Part shown: positions 17,469-26,306 of the stretch, one piece after another
How positions within the stretch are numbered: position 1 is the stretch's first letter
Layout of the letters: each line of letters opens with the position of its first letter
The notes under the pieces: generated by a model
Seen by the model: only the letters and a program-made list of their open reading frames with translations
Told to the model about the DNA's origin: nothing
Database searches by the model: none
Position numbers and translations under genes: made by a program
Virus record (IMG/VR): IMGVR_UViG_645948499_000001
Coordinates: 10,902 to 74,901 of that record
Origin: a virus
Lineage: Duplodnaviria; Caudoviricetes
Direction: 5' to 3' (one strand)
DNA: 64,000 nt

Positions 17469-17989
17469 GCGGTCACCGCCTTGACGGCTTTCTTGTAGCA
17501 GTCTGCCCAGGTATCCGGGTGCGGTTTGCCGGGACGCCACTGGGAGATGTATACATCCCACAGCTTGGCCTGCTCACCTACAGCAGGTAACGCCCTGGCA
17601 TCGGTCCACAGAAGCAGACGGGCAAGCCCGCAAGCCAGGACATCATCATGTTCCAGGGCATTCCACACGGCCTCTTCGTTGGGCTTCACACCACAGGCGG
17701 CTACGAACCTGTGAACACGATCACGGGTTGTAGCATTGTGGTAGTTGAGCAGTCCCTTGACTGCCCCACCCTTCTCGAACTGCCAGTACCCCTTCGCAGG
17801 GCCGAGAGGCAAGAGAACCTTGCGACCCTCGGAGTTGATCGACAGGATCATCTGCCTCCGAGCAGCGAAGCGAGACTCCTGCCCTCCGATAGCCAGCAGA
17901 GCAACACGGGCAGCAGGGCTGTCCATGTTACTGGGGAGCATGGCCATGGTGGCTGGGATCACCTTCTCGTGTACGAGTTGGAAAGTCAT
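17465..17989 (-). CDS. endolysin (lysozyme-like muramidase)
   Basis: LLAIGGQES and GPAKGYWQFE..G, WRPGKPHP; directly upstream of the spanins. Confidence 0.8.
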   Translation of the reverse strand: MTFQLVHEKVIPATMAMLPSNMDSPAARVALLAIGGQESRFAARRQMILSINSEGRKVLLPLGPAKGYWQFEKGGAVKGLLNYHNATTRDRVHRFVAACGVKPNEEAVWNALEHDDVLACGLARLLLWTDARALPAVGEQAKLWDVYISQWRPGKPHPDTWADCYKKAVKAVTA

Positions 17990-18222
17990 TTCGGTTCCTC
18001 CGGTAGTGGGTAGCGTTCTTTGATCTCTTCCACCTTGGCAAGCCAGGCAGTGTAATCCGGTTCGACACCGGCCTTGATCGCATCGAACTCGGCCTCAGTC
18101 TTGAGCGGATCACTCTCTGTACGGTATGCCTCAGCACGCTGGGCCAAGACAACATCGTACTCCTGTTTGATCCTTTGCTCCTGTAGCTGCTCTGTGGTCT
18201 GCATCTTGCTCCAGTCGATCAT
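17986..18222 (-). CDS. tail fibre-associated small protein
   Basis: MIDWSK...RAEAYRTESDPL...IKERYP pattern typical of genes downstream of tail fibres. Confidence 0.65.
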   Translation of the reverse strand: MIDWSKMQTTEQLQEQRIKQEYDVVLAQRAEAYRTESDPLKTEAEFDAIKAGVEPDYTAWLAKVEEIKERYPLPEEPK

Positions 18223-18521
18223 TGCGGAAACTCCACTATCCCATCCTTCTTGATATGGATTGGCTTAGGGAACCTGGCTTCTTCGCTGAAGTCCCCACGA
18301 ATGGGGAACACCAGTGTCAGATAGATTTCCCCACCTTTCCTGGTGATACCACCAGAGAAGGGTGCCCCTTCTATAGCAGTAGCCGGGAGGTAACCACCCT
18401 CCGGCAACTGCGAGAAGTCATAGTCTACCCCGGAGACTCGAATAGAGTCCCCGGTAACCGAGGCTTCCAGTTCGGTCGAATCTCCCGGAAGGACTACAAC
18501 CGGACTTAGCTTGATGTGCAT
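18219..18521 (-). CDS. tail fibre assembly-like protein
   Basis: MHIKLSP...YDFSQLPEGGYLPATAI...ARFPKPI; coupled to the fibre stop codon. Confidence 0.65.
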   Translation of the reverse strand: MHIKLSPVVVLPGDSTELEASVTGDSIRVSGVDYDFSQLPEGGYLPATAIEGAPFSGGITRKGGEIYLTLVFPIRGDFSEEARFPKPIHIKKDGIVEFPQ

Positions 18522-21500
18522 TAGTACCACCTCCCGATGGCCATGACTGTAATGGTGTCTCGTTCGCCGAGTGCCTGAGAGGTAGCAAAAGAAACAGTGC
18601 TACCGCTGTTGAGATAAGCTCCTCGCACACCTTGACCAGCAGTAGCCGGCCAGCCAGAGGACGGGATCCAGTTACAGGTAATTGCGGTGTTGAACCCCGT
18701 CACGAAGGTGGCTGGCAACTGAATCAAGTTGGATCCGGCAGGAAGAGCTTCAGCTGTTCTTGCTGCTGCTATCTGCGTGCCGTCAGCGAAGCGAGTGTAC
18801 CAGCCATTGGAAGTTACAACACTTTCGATGATAGCCCCGTTGGGTTGACCAGCAGAACTATTAGTAGCCGTACCTACCAATTGGAGATCCGTGAGGTAAC
18901 GAACCCAAGGACTCCAACTACCAGAAGCCTTACGCCGGAAGTAGCAGATGTCGGAGGTACGCGGAATGAAGATCTGCGTAGCAGTACTGGCATCGTAAAC
19001 CTGTTGATAGATGCTAGAACCCACCGGGTTAATGGAAGTAATACCCGGAGGCAAGTTAGCCCAAGGGGCAATCCCAACACCGAAGAATCCGCATTCATTC
19101 GGGACAGCGTTGGCATCACTGTAGGACCGGAGATTGGTCAGGGTCTTCGGAGTACCACCGATGTAGTTCAACGCATTCTCTACCGTTGCAGCACCCAGCA
19201 GCCCAATCCCGGCAGAACCGGCGTTCAGGTTACGCCATGCACCACTGGTGCCAGCTTGCAGGGGAACAACCCCTTCATAACCAGAAGCACTGGCTACAGG
19301 CAGACGATTGAAGGCGGTAACCCGTGGGGTCATGAAGCTATTACGCTCCATCCACTTTTCGGTAACCATCTCTACCGGAGTCTGCCAGACACCTGCGTTG
19401 TTCGAATGACGCATGTACACCCTGTCGGTGTAGCAGTGGTTCCAGAGTTCCCAGCCCTTATTGTTGTCGTAGGACATGTGATGCACGAATGCATACACGT
19501 TGCCCGGCAACGGGTTACTAGCATCCCCTGGAACGTAGTAGTAACCACTTCGGATGCCACCACCAGCCAGCTGAGAACCAGTGCGACTGCTCATGGTCAA
19601 GTCACCGTAACCGTAGTGACTGGTCCAGTCCTGGATGAAGGTGACCACGTACTCGGTGTTGGCGATCTGCTTGCTGTAAGGGGCAAACGGAATCTGAGTC
19701 GGTACGGTAGGAATACCCGTGAACGACGGACTCTCCAGAGGAGCCAAACCATTGATGGAAGTGGAGTTCGAGTAGAACTGGCCCAGCTTGTCGGCGATCT
19801 TCTTCGCAGACGCAGTGTTCAGGTGCAGACCGTCGTCAGCAGCAATAGCAGGGTCGAAGTAACCGTCCTTGCTGATCACACGGGCGATGTCCAGTACCTG
19901 ACCCAAACCAGATACCTTGTGAAGCTCCCCCGACCACCACTGGTCGGTGTACGCCTTCAACTTGATGACACCAGCAGGCAGCGAATCGTTGTACAGCTTG
20001 GTGCCTTGCATGGCGTTGAACAGGACTACCTGGGCACCTACAGCGTGAAGCCGGTCTACGATGGCTTGGGTATCAGCAGTCCGCTTGGCCATGGTCATCG
20101 TAGCGTCTCTGTGGTCATTCGTGCTGGCATGCATGAAGACTACTTTGACACCAGAGTTCTCGATCTCCGACAGACTGTCCAGGTACTGCCAAGTACGTCG
20201 GCCTTCCACGCCCTGAACCAGCACCAGGTTGTTCCGGTTGGTGGCGTACAGCTGTACTTGACCAAACCAAGTACCTGCCCAGTTGCGGCGATTGTTGTAG
20301 TCAGCAGTCCCACGGGTAACCCCGTATTCGTTCTGACCAGCAGCAATGCTGTCGCCATAGGAGATCAGGTTGGGACGACAGACAGTGATGTAGTCCACGT
20401 CCAACCACCAGCCGTTGGGCGCTACAGGCATCGACGAGAGTTCGATTGCCACTGGCTTGATGGTGTCAACCATCAATCGACCACCACCCTTCTGCCAGGT
20501 GCCATTGGGCATACGGCGGAAAAGTTCCAGATGTCGGTTCACGGCATCGAACTTCACCGCGAGATCCAACCAGGACTCAGTACCCAAACCAGTGAACATG
20601 GTGGCAGCGTTGCGAGAACCGCCCTCATTACCCTGCATGTGGATGGTATTCGGTTCGATAATGCCATTGGCGTTGACGTTGAAGTAAACGGTGTAGTCCT
20701 TACCGTCAGAAGCAACGAACCGAATCTGGGCAGCCCTGTTCTGTGCAGCAGTACCCGTCTGGGTCTTGATACGGAAGTAGACAATCCAGTGATCATCCGG
20801 GAATCCAACCAGCTTCCGAAGGAATGCACGGTTACCAGAATCATCGGTCTTCGCAATGCGGATGAAGCCAGTGTTCTGAGCAACGCTCACCGGACCGGAA
20901 CGAGTCCAGTTGTAGTGGTCCTCGCCACCTTCGTAAGTGAAGGTTTCGTTCATACCTACCAGAACAGGCAAGTTACCGCCCTCAACCTTCTCGGCAACCT
21001 GGTTTGCGATGGATTCAGCACGATCAGCTTCCGTCTTCGCACGGTTGGCTTGGTCGGCAGCAGCAGTTGCCGAAGCAGCAGCACCAGCAGCTGAGTTCGC
21101 AGCATTGGTTTCGCTGGTCTTGGCAGCAGCGGCAGAGGCAGCGGCTTTACCCACTTCTACCTTAGCCAGATCCACCTGGTCAGCAGCCTTATCAACCTCG
21201 GCTTTCGCCAGTTCAACTTGCTCAGCTGCTTTACCAACTTCTACCTTGGCTAGTTCTACTTGCTCGGCAGCCTTGGTGACTTCAGCCTTGGCCAGGACAA
21301 CCTGCTCTTCAGCACGATCAGCATGACCCTCAGCCTCGTCTCGTGCTTCACGAGCATCGGTGACGGCCTGGGTAATCTTGTTCATGGCCTCTTCGTCCCA
21401 CGGCAGAGACGTAGGCGGAGGTAGCAGGATGAGTTCCTGCACATGGACAGGGGTAGCCGAGTCCGGCACGTAGAAGGTGAACGACGTGCGGTTGCACGGA

Positions 21501-21733
21501 TCATCCTCAAACGACTCGTCATCTACTACGGATACCCGGTACGCCGAAGTAGCAGACTCCAGATCCATGGTGAATTGACCCTGGGCATCCGTGGTCATGT
21601 CGTAGCTTTCAGGTAGAACAATGCAATCGTCTGCATCGTTCATGCCCGGACGAGTCAGGCGGACGGTAAAGTCCTTACCGACCTGCGGACTACCATCCGG
21701 GTTATGGAAGGTGAAGATCACCTTTGTGGTCAT
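18521..21733 (-). CDS. tail fibre/tailspike with central SGNH hydrolase domain
   Basis: Coiled-coil repeats; GDS, GVEG, TND and DGLH blocks; APLESPSFTGIPTVPT fibre repeat; C-terminal NGWYTRFADGTQI...AIGRWY. Confidence 0.88.
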   Translation of the reverse strand: MTTKVIFTFHNPDGSPQVGKDFTVRLTRPGMNDADDCIVLPESYDMTTDAQGQFTMDLESATSAYRVSVVDDESFEDDPCNRTSFTFYVPDSATPVHVQELILLPPPTSLPWDEEAMNKITQAVTDAREARDEAEGHADRAEEQVVLAKAEVTKAAEQVELAKVEVGKAAEQVELAKAEVDKAADQVDLAKVEVGKAAASAAAAKTSETNAANSAAGAAASATAAADQANRAKTEADRAESIANQVAEKVEGGNLPVLVGMNETFTYEGGEDHYNWTRSGPVSVAQNTGFIRIAKTDDSGNRAFLRKLVGFPDDHWIVYFRIKTQTGTAAQNRAAQIRFVASDGKDYTVYFNVNANGIIEPNTIHMQGNEGGSRNAATMFTGLGTESWLDLAVKFDAVNRHLELFRRMPNGTWQKGGGRLMVDTIKPVAIELSSMPVAPNGWWLDVDYITVCRPNLISYGDSIAAGQNEYGVTRGTADYNNRRNWAGTWFGQVQLYATNRNNLVLVQGVEGRRTWQYLDSLSEIENSGVKVVFMHASTNDHRDATMTMAKRTADTQAIVDRLHAVGAQVVLFNAMQGTKLYNDSLPAGVIKLKAYTDQWWSGELHKVSGLGQVLDIARVISKDGYFDPAIAADDGLHLNTASAKKIADKLGQFYSNSTSINGLAPLESPSFTGIPTVPTQIPFAPYSKQIANTEYVVTFIQDWTSHYGYGDLTMSSRTGSQLAGGGIRSGYYYVPGDASNPLPGNVYAFVHHMSYDNNKGWELWNHCYTDRVYMRHSNNAGVWQTPVEMVTEKWMERNSFMTPRVTAFNRLPVASASGYEGVVPLQAGTSGAWRNLNAGSAGIGLLGAATVENALNYIGGTPKTLTNLRSYSDANAVPNECGFFGVGIAPWANLPPGITSINPVGSSIYQQVYDASTATQIFIPRTSDICYFRRKASGSWSPWVRYLTDLQLVGTATNSSAGQPNGAIIESVVTSNGWYTRFADGTQIAAARTAEALPAGSNLIQLPATFVTGFNTAITCNWIPSSGWPATAGQGVRGAYLNSGSTVSFATSQALGERDTITVMAIGRWY
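21141..21310 (-). repeat. 42-bp tandem repeat x4 encoding EQVELAK(A/V)EVxKAA
   Basis: Four 14-aa units visible in the translation. Confidence 0.8.
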
Positions 21734-21756
21734 GGTTGTATCCTCTTCGAAGGGAA

Positions 21757-22470
21757 TCAGGAGTATACCAATTTACTGAGATCAACAAACACAAGCATTG
21801 GGGGGCCTCCCCCGTACACGTTTACCCAGTTAGTTGAGGAAATTTCGTTTGTTACCCCAATTGACTGCATGGCTATGGAACCTCTACCCCCGCTAAACAG
21901 GCTCAAACCCTCAGCTAAAGCAAAAACTGAACCCGGTTCATCTCCATGACTAGAAGTACCCCGTTTACCCATGCGAGATGTGGTAGTCATCATAATCCCG
22001 CAGTTTGTAGGTACAGTAAATTCATGACTACCTGTCCCATAATTGGGCACTTGGTGGGTGCTATGCACTCTTAGGTAAGGAAGTCGGTCACTAAAAGCTA
22101 ACTTGCCATCTGCCTTGAATACCTGTACGCCTGCGTTCTGGTTGATACTCATGTCAGCAGCAGAACCATAAATCAAGACATCTGCCCAAGCAGAATTGTC
22201 AGGGAACATCTCTGTACACAAGCCAATACGCCAAGTAGTTGCATTGATCTTCTGCCTGTTCACCTCAGCCACACGAAAGACATAACCACTGGGGTGGTAA
22301 GTCTGCTTCAACACAATTACAGGGTATTCCCCTACAACATCGATGTTGTGAATGAACGGGTAATTCCTGGAAGGAAGACGCACTGTCCTCTGATAAGCCA
22401 TATTGCTGTAATCAGAGGTTGCCATCAGCACGTTCCCGTTCAGGGAATAAACTTGAAAACCAGCAGGCAT
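21757..22470 (-). CDS. tail-associated protein
   Basis: MPAGFQVY..NG with an internal repeat AGVQVFKADGKLAFS; located in the tail module. Confidence 0.7.
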   Translation of the reverse strand: MPAGFQVYSLNGNVLMATSDYSNMAYQRTVRLPSRNYPFIHNIDVVGEYPVIVLKQTYHPSGYVFRVAEVNRQKINATTWRIGLCTEMFPDNSAWADVLIYGSAADMSINQNAGVQVFKADGKLAFSDRLPYLRVHSTHQVPNYGTGSHEFTVPTNCGIMMTTTSRMGKRGTSSHGDEPGSVFALAEGLSLFSGGRGSIAMQSIGVTNEISSTNWVNVYGGGPPMLVFVDLSKLVYS

Positions 22471-22787
22471 TAGAAATACCCCACGATAATTCTAAGAGGT
22501 TGGCGACCCACGTTAACCCCGGTAAAAAACCAAGAAACTGTACGTGTGGCAGGGTCGTAAGACACATCAGGTGTTGGGTAAATGGCTACTGTTTGTGTAG
22601 ATGTGTTGACAATAATTCGATTGGAGTCAGCTACTGTAACCAACCAAGGAGTCCCTGACCCGACTGGGATAGTGAAGCTACCGGAAGTAGTTCCGGTAGA
22701 GAAAGATGTGTAGACCTGGCAGAGCCTCTCGGTCATGTCAAACCAGAGTGCCCCATTGGAAGTGAAAGTCTGTAGTCCAGCTGGCAT
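22470..22787 (-). CDS. tail-associated protein
   Basis: MPAGLQTF..NG start, similar to the neighbouring gene. Confidence 0.7.
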   Translation of the reverse strand: MPAGLQTFTSNGALWFDMTERLCQVYTSFSTGTTSGSFTIPVGSGTPWLVTVADSNRIIVNTSTQTVAIYPTPDVSYDPATRTVSWFFTGVNVGRQPLRIIVGYF

Positions 22788-24062
22788 TTACCAAACCCCC
22801 ATGATTACTCGGAGTACCCCAGCAGCATCGTAGACCCTGGTTGCTCCGCCTTTGATGACTGTGCGGCCAGACGTAGCCGTACCGTTGAGTTCATAAGTAC
22901 CGTTATCCCAGAACCTCCAACCTTGACGTTCAGATTCCCAGTTCTTGGATTGGATATTACTCACGTCAATCTGATCTGCTTCAAGGTACTTAGCTTGAAT
23001 CTTACCGTTCTGCACGATAAGACTTCCATCCTGCGCCCGTAGCTTGTCGAAGGTCAGCTTGTTGATGGCACCTTCGTCGATGTAAACGATGTTGTTATCG
23101 ATGATGAATGGCTTCCGTTTAACGTTGGCTCGGCCAATCCAGAACCTATCCACATCGAAACCAGCCTCGATAGTTTGACCCTGGTTATACAGGCCAAAAC
23201 CACCGACCAAGTTGCCTGCCTGGAGCTTCACGAAGTATTGAGACTCCAGGGTAGTCATCTTACCTTCCTGCTCCTGCACCTTGGTGACCAAACCAATCTG
23301 GCCAGAGGCAGAGTTACCGTTCACAGTAGAGTTCAATGTCGTTACCGACGAAGCCAGTGAACTGACCTGTGTGGCGAGTGCCTGTTGCTCGGTTTGAATG
23401 GCTGCAATGTTCCCATTGAAGTCAGCGTACATGGTGTTAACCGTATGCACGAGAGCGCCATCGGCATCAGTACGGATCCGCACTTCCTCCTGAAGCAATG
23501 CCATGGCGTCATCAGTCTTTGCACCCAGCTCAGAGATGCGTACAGCGAGACCTTGGTCGTTCTGAGCACGCAGAAGTTCTTCCTGGGTGATCCCCAGTTT
23601 GTTCAACTGGATCTGGTCAATCTCAGTACGCAGGTTCTGTGCAAGAGCGCCAGCATCAATCTGCCCTGAGAGGATATCCATCATCTGTCCGATGAGCGGA
23701 CGTGCAGTTGCACTCGCTGGACCGATGACTTCCCCCTCAGTGCCGTTAATGGAGAGCATCTGAATCCAGTAGTAATACCTGGTATCCAAGTTGATCTCTA
23801 CATCTACCCTGTCAAAGTAGAAGTTACCTTGCACAACAGCTACTCGTGTAGCCACATTGAAGTTAGGAGTAATACTCCGCCACAGAATAGTCTGGCTGAC
23901 CGCAGCTGGGTTCAACGTAGGCCATGTCCAGTTGATATCAATCCCTCCGAAGGCTGGCGTAGCCGTCAGAAGGAGGTTGTTCATGTTCGGGTCACCGGGC
24001 TTCGGACCTTTCCAGGATCCAGTACCGCACTCGGTCCCATTCAGATTACATACGTCTACCAT
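22788..24062 (-). CDS. tail protein with FN3-like N-terminus and lambda-J/DUF1983-like C-terminus
   Basis: RYYYWIQ; coiled coil; GGFGLYN...[21 protein letters not shown]; [14 protein letters not shown]. Confidence 0.75.
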   Translation of the reverse strand: MVDVCNLNGTECGTGSWKGPKPGDPNMNNLLLTATPAFGGIDINWTWPTLNPAAVSQTILWRSITPNFNVATRVAVVQGNFYFDRVDVEINLDTRYYYWIQMLSINGTEGEVIGPASATARPLIGQMMDILSGQIDAGALAQNLRTEIDQIQLNKLGITQEELLRAQNDQGLAVRISELGAKTDDAMALLQEEVRIRTDADGALVHTVNTMYADFNGNIAAIQTEQQALATQVSSLASSVTTLNSTVNGNSASGQIGLVTKVQEQEGKMTTLESQYFVKLQAGNLVGGFGLYNQGQTIEAGFDVDRFWIGRANVKRKPFIIDNNIVYIDEGAINKLTFDKLRAQDGSLIVQNGKIQAKYLEADQIDVSNIQSKNWESERQGWRFWDNGTYELNGTATSGRTVIKGGATRVYDAAGVLRVIMGVW

Positions 24063-24091
24063 TTAGGAATCCTCCTGTTTTATCCAGTATA

Positions 24092-24400
24092 CCCCTCTCC
24101 CCCTTCTCCCCCCTATACCCTACCGGGGTAGTGTCCCCCGAGCGGTGAGCGCAGCGAAGCCCGAGTGGGAGACACGGACTCCGGTAGGGTATAGGGGATA
24201 TAGATAATTCAATATCCCTACCCCTCGACGGTATCCGTGTCTGCGGGGGCGTGCGGCTGGCGCCGGTCCCCCTTGACACTACCCCGTCTCAGGGTAGGGG
24301 GTTGGGGAGGGTTAGAGGTGAATCCCTCCCCAGGGTCCACCCGACTCCCGGCCCCCTCCGGGGGCTTGAATGTGAATTCAAGAGGGGGAGGGTGGACCCC
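24092..24400. repeat. nested inverted-repeat/hairpin region, candidate replication origin
   Basis: Perfect 17-bp IR 24110-24126/24181-24197; second imperfect hairpin 24216-24300; 10-bp IR 24333-24342/24390-24399. Confidence 0.75.
24351..24370 (+). promoter_or_regulatory. N4 vRNAP-type hairpin promoter candidate
   Basis: GCCCCC-TCC-GGGGGC; the template strand gives the C-GGA-G triloop of N4 early promoters. Confidence 0.4.
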
Positions 24401-24450
24401 TTTATATATAAGACCGTTTCGTGATCATTTTTTAACCAGAGGTTCTACCC

Positions 24451-24876
24451 ATGAAAAAGCTGACCGCAGCAGACATCCCCGTTGTAGATTTCCCTATCGA
24501 CAGCATGCCAACTCTCAAGGCTTCCCTGGGCAAGGCACGCACAGACACCATTCGCTTCCATGGCTTGAACAAGAACGCCATCGGCGGCCCTCGTACCCGC
24601 TGGGTACAGAACCCTCACGCAAAGCGCCTCCAGAGCCTCGACAACATGTTTGTGGACCCGATGGTGGAGGATGTCTTGGTGGGCATCGCTTCGCTCGCTG
24701 AAGGCTCCCAGAAGCCGTTATCGGCCATGCGCCTGTTCAGCCTCCTGAAGGAACCCCAACTGAGTACGGACCTTCTGGCTTCGGGCATGTCCCTGGACAG
24801 CCGGCAAGCCCGCCGTTACATGGCTGCTGCCAAGCTGGCCATCTTCCACCTCAACAAGCAAAAGGAGTCCATATGA
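24451..24876 (+). CDS. hypothetical protein with possible C-terminal HTH
   Basis: STDLLASGMSLDSRQARRYMAA helix-turn-helix-like pattern; GAGG RBS. Confidence 0.7.
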   Translation: MKKLTAADIPVVDFPIDSMPTLKASLGKARTDTIRFHGLNKNAIGGPRTRWVQNPHAKRLQSLDNMFVDPMVEDVLVGIASLAEGSQKPLSAMRLFSLLKEPQLSTDLLASGMSLDSRQARRYMAAAKLAIFHLNKQKESI

Positions 24877-25277
24877 CCAAACACCCGCTGTGCAACAACC
24901 AACACAGCCTCCTATCCAACTGCGGCCTATGTCGTGAACTCTACAAGATAACCTCGAAAGGGGTCGTCTACGGGGTAGCCATCGAAGGACTGCCGAAGGG
25001 GTACGGAGAGGCAGCCCAGCCCAAGAAGGCAGCCACTGGCGCTGCCAAGCCGGAGAACCGTTACCGTCGGGAGATCCCCCAGGGATGGACCTGGCTTGAT
25101 GTGTACCGGCTGAACACCCTGTTCCCGATCACCTGCGACAACTCCGGTGCCATCGACCATGCACGCAAGAAGTTGCTCAACCTGGGCAACCGTAGCGGCG
25201 GTAAGTCGGTGCGGCAGGACGTGAAGGAAGCCAGGGACTCTCTCAACCGCTGGTTGGAAGACAACCCCGAGGGTTAA
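24873..25277 (+). CDS. conserved phage protein (DUF3310-like)
   Basis: DVY...HARKKLLNLGNRSGGKS.RQDVKEARDSL pattern. Confidence 0.6.
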   Translation: MTKHPLCNNQHSLLSNCGLCRELYKITSKGVVYGVAIEGLPKGYGEAAQPKKAATGAAKPENRYRREIPQGWTWLDVYRLNTLFPITCDNSGAIDHARKKLLNLGNRSGGKSVRQDVKEARDSLNRWLEDNPEG

Positions 25278-25280
25278 GCC

Positions 25281-26297
25281 ATGGCCGCTCGATATACCAA
25301 TGAGACAGGGATTCCCCTGTCAATGGCCGTCTGGCTAGCCTCGGACTACTACGACTATTCCGAGGCTGGTTTGTCGGTGACGACGATGCTGCGTCCCATC
25401 AAGCAGACCATCCTGGCCCGACGTGTGTCCGAGGAAGCCAAGGTAGAGGATGTGGTCAACCGCATCAGCAGTGCCATGGGCAACGCCTTCCATGACTCTG
25501 TTGAGAAGGCATGGACCACAAACCATGACACAGCACTTTCCATGCTGGGCTACCCCAAGGCCATCCGTGAACGTGTCCTGGTCAACCCGACCAAGGAAGA
25601 ACTGGAAGCCTTCAACTCCAGTGCCAAGGGTGGCAAGGCCATCCCTGTGTACATGGAGCAGAGGACCAAGCGGGAGTTCATGGGAATCAACATCTCCGGG
25701 AAGTTCGACTTCGTAGGAGATGGTCGGGTGGAAGACATCAAGTCGACCACCGTCTACAGCTACATAATGGGCAGCAAGGACAAGGACTACATCCTCCAAG
25801 GATCCCTGTACCGATGGCTTAACCCCGAGTTGGTGACCAAGGACACCATGCTGATCAACTTCATCTTCACCGACTGGCAGAAAGCAATGGCCAGACAGCA
25901 ACCGGAGAAGTACCCCCAGACCCGAATTCAAGCCAAGGAATTCAAGCTCATGCCCTTGCGGGAAACCGAGCTATGGGTACGGAATCGGGTGAAGACCCTC
26001 ATCGACCTGATCGATGCGGACGAAGACGATCTGCCCATGTGTTCGGACGAAGAGCTATGGCGGTCGGATCCGGTCTATAAGTACTATAAGAACCCCGCCA
26101 AAGCCCAGGAACGCGGAGCACGTAGTACCAAGAACTTCGACACTGAAGCCGAAGCCTTGGTTCGTCTGCGGGAAGACGGCAACGTGGGGGTAGTCAAGAC
26201 CATCCCTGGCCAGGTCAAAGCCTGTGCCTACTGCCCTGCTTTCACCGTGTGTAAGCAGAAAGACGCCTTGATCGCCTCTGGCGATCTCATCATCTAG
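25281..26297 (+). CDS. PD-(D/E)xK exonuclease, Cas4-like (N4 gp42-like)
   Basis: GKFDFVGDGRVEDIKST; C-terminal CAYCPAFTVC Cys cluster. Confidence 0.8.
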   Translation: MAARYTNETGIPLSMAVWLASDYYDYSEAGLSVTTMLRPIKQTILARRVSEEAKVEDVVNRISSAMGNAFHDSVEKAWTTNHDTALSMLGYPKAIRERVLVNPTKEELEAFNSSAKGGKAIPVYMEQRTKREFMGINISGKFDFVGDGRVEDIKSTTVYSYIMGSKDKDYILQGSLYRWLNPELVTKDTMLINFIFTDWQKAMARQQPEKYPQTRIQAKEFKLMPLRETELWVRNRVKTLIDLIDADEDDLPMCSDEELWRSDPVYKYYKNPAKAQERGARSTKNFDTEAEALVRLREDGNVGVVKTIPGQVKACAYCPAFTVCKQKDALIASGDLII

Positions 26298-26306
26298 GAG
26301 TGAGTA

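Noticed and set aside
18632-21094. 820-aa + strand ORF opposite the tail fibre
   Set aside because: Antisense shadow with a low-information translation.
24046-24701. ORFs 24046-24279 and 24237-24701 across the palindromic region
   Set aside because: G/P/R-rich translations of GC palindromes; they overlap the better-supported gene at 24451.
25281-26297. Cas4-like nuclease as evidence of a CRISPR system
   Set aside because: It sits in the standard N4-like replication block with no array or other cas genes.
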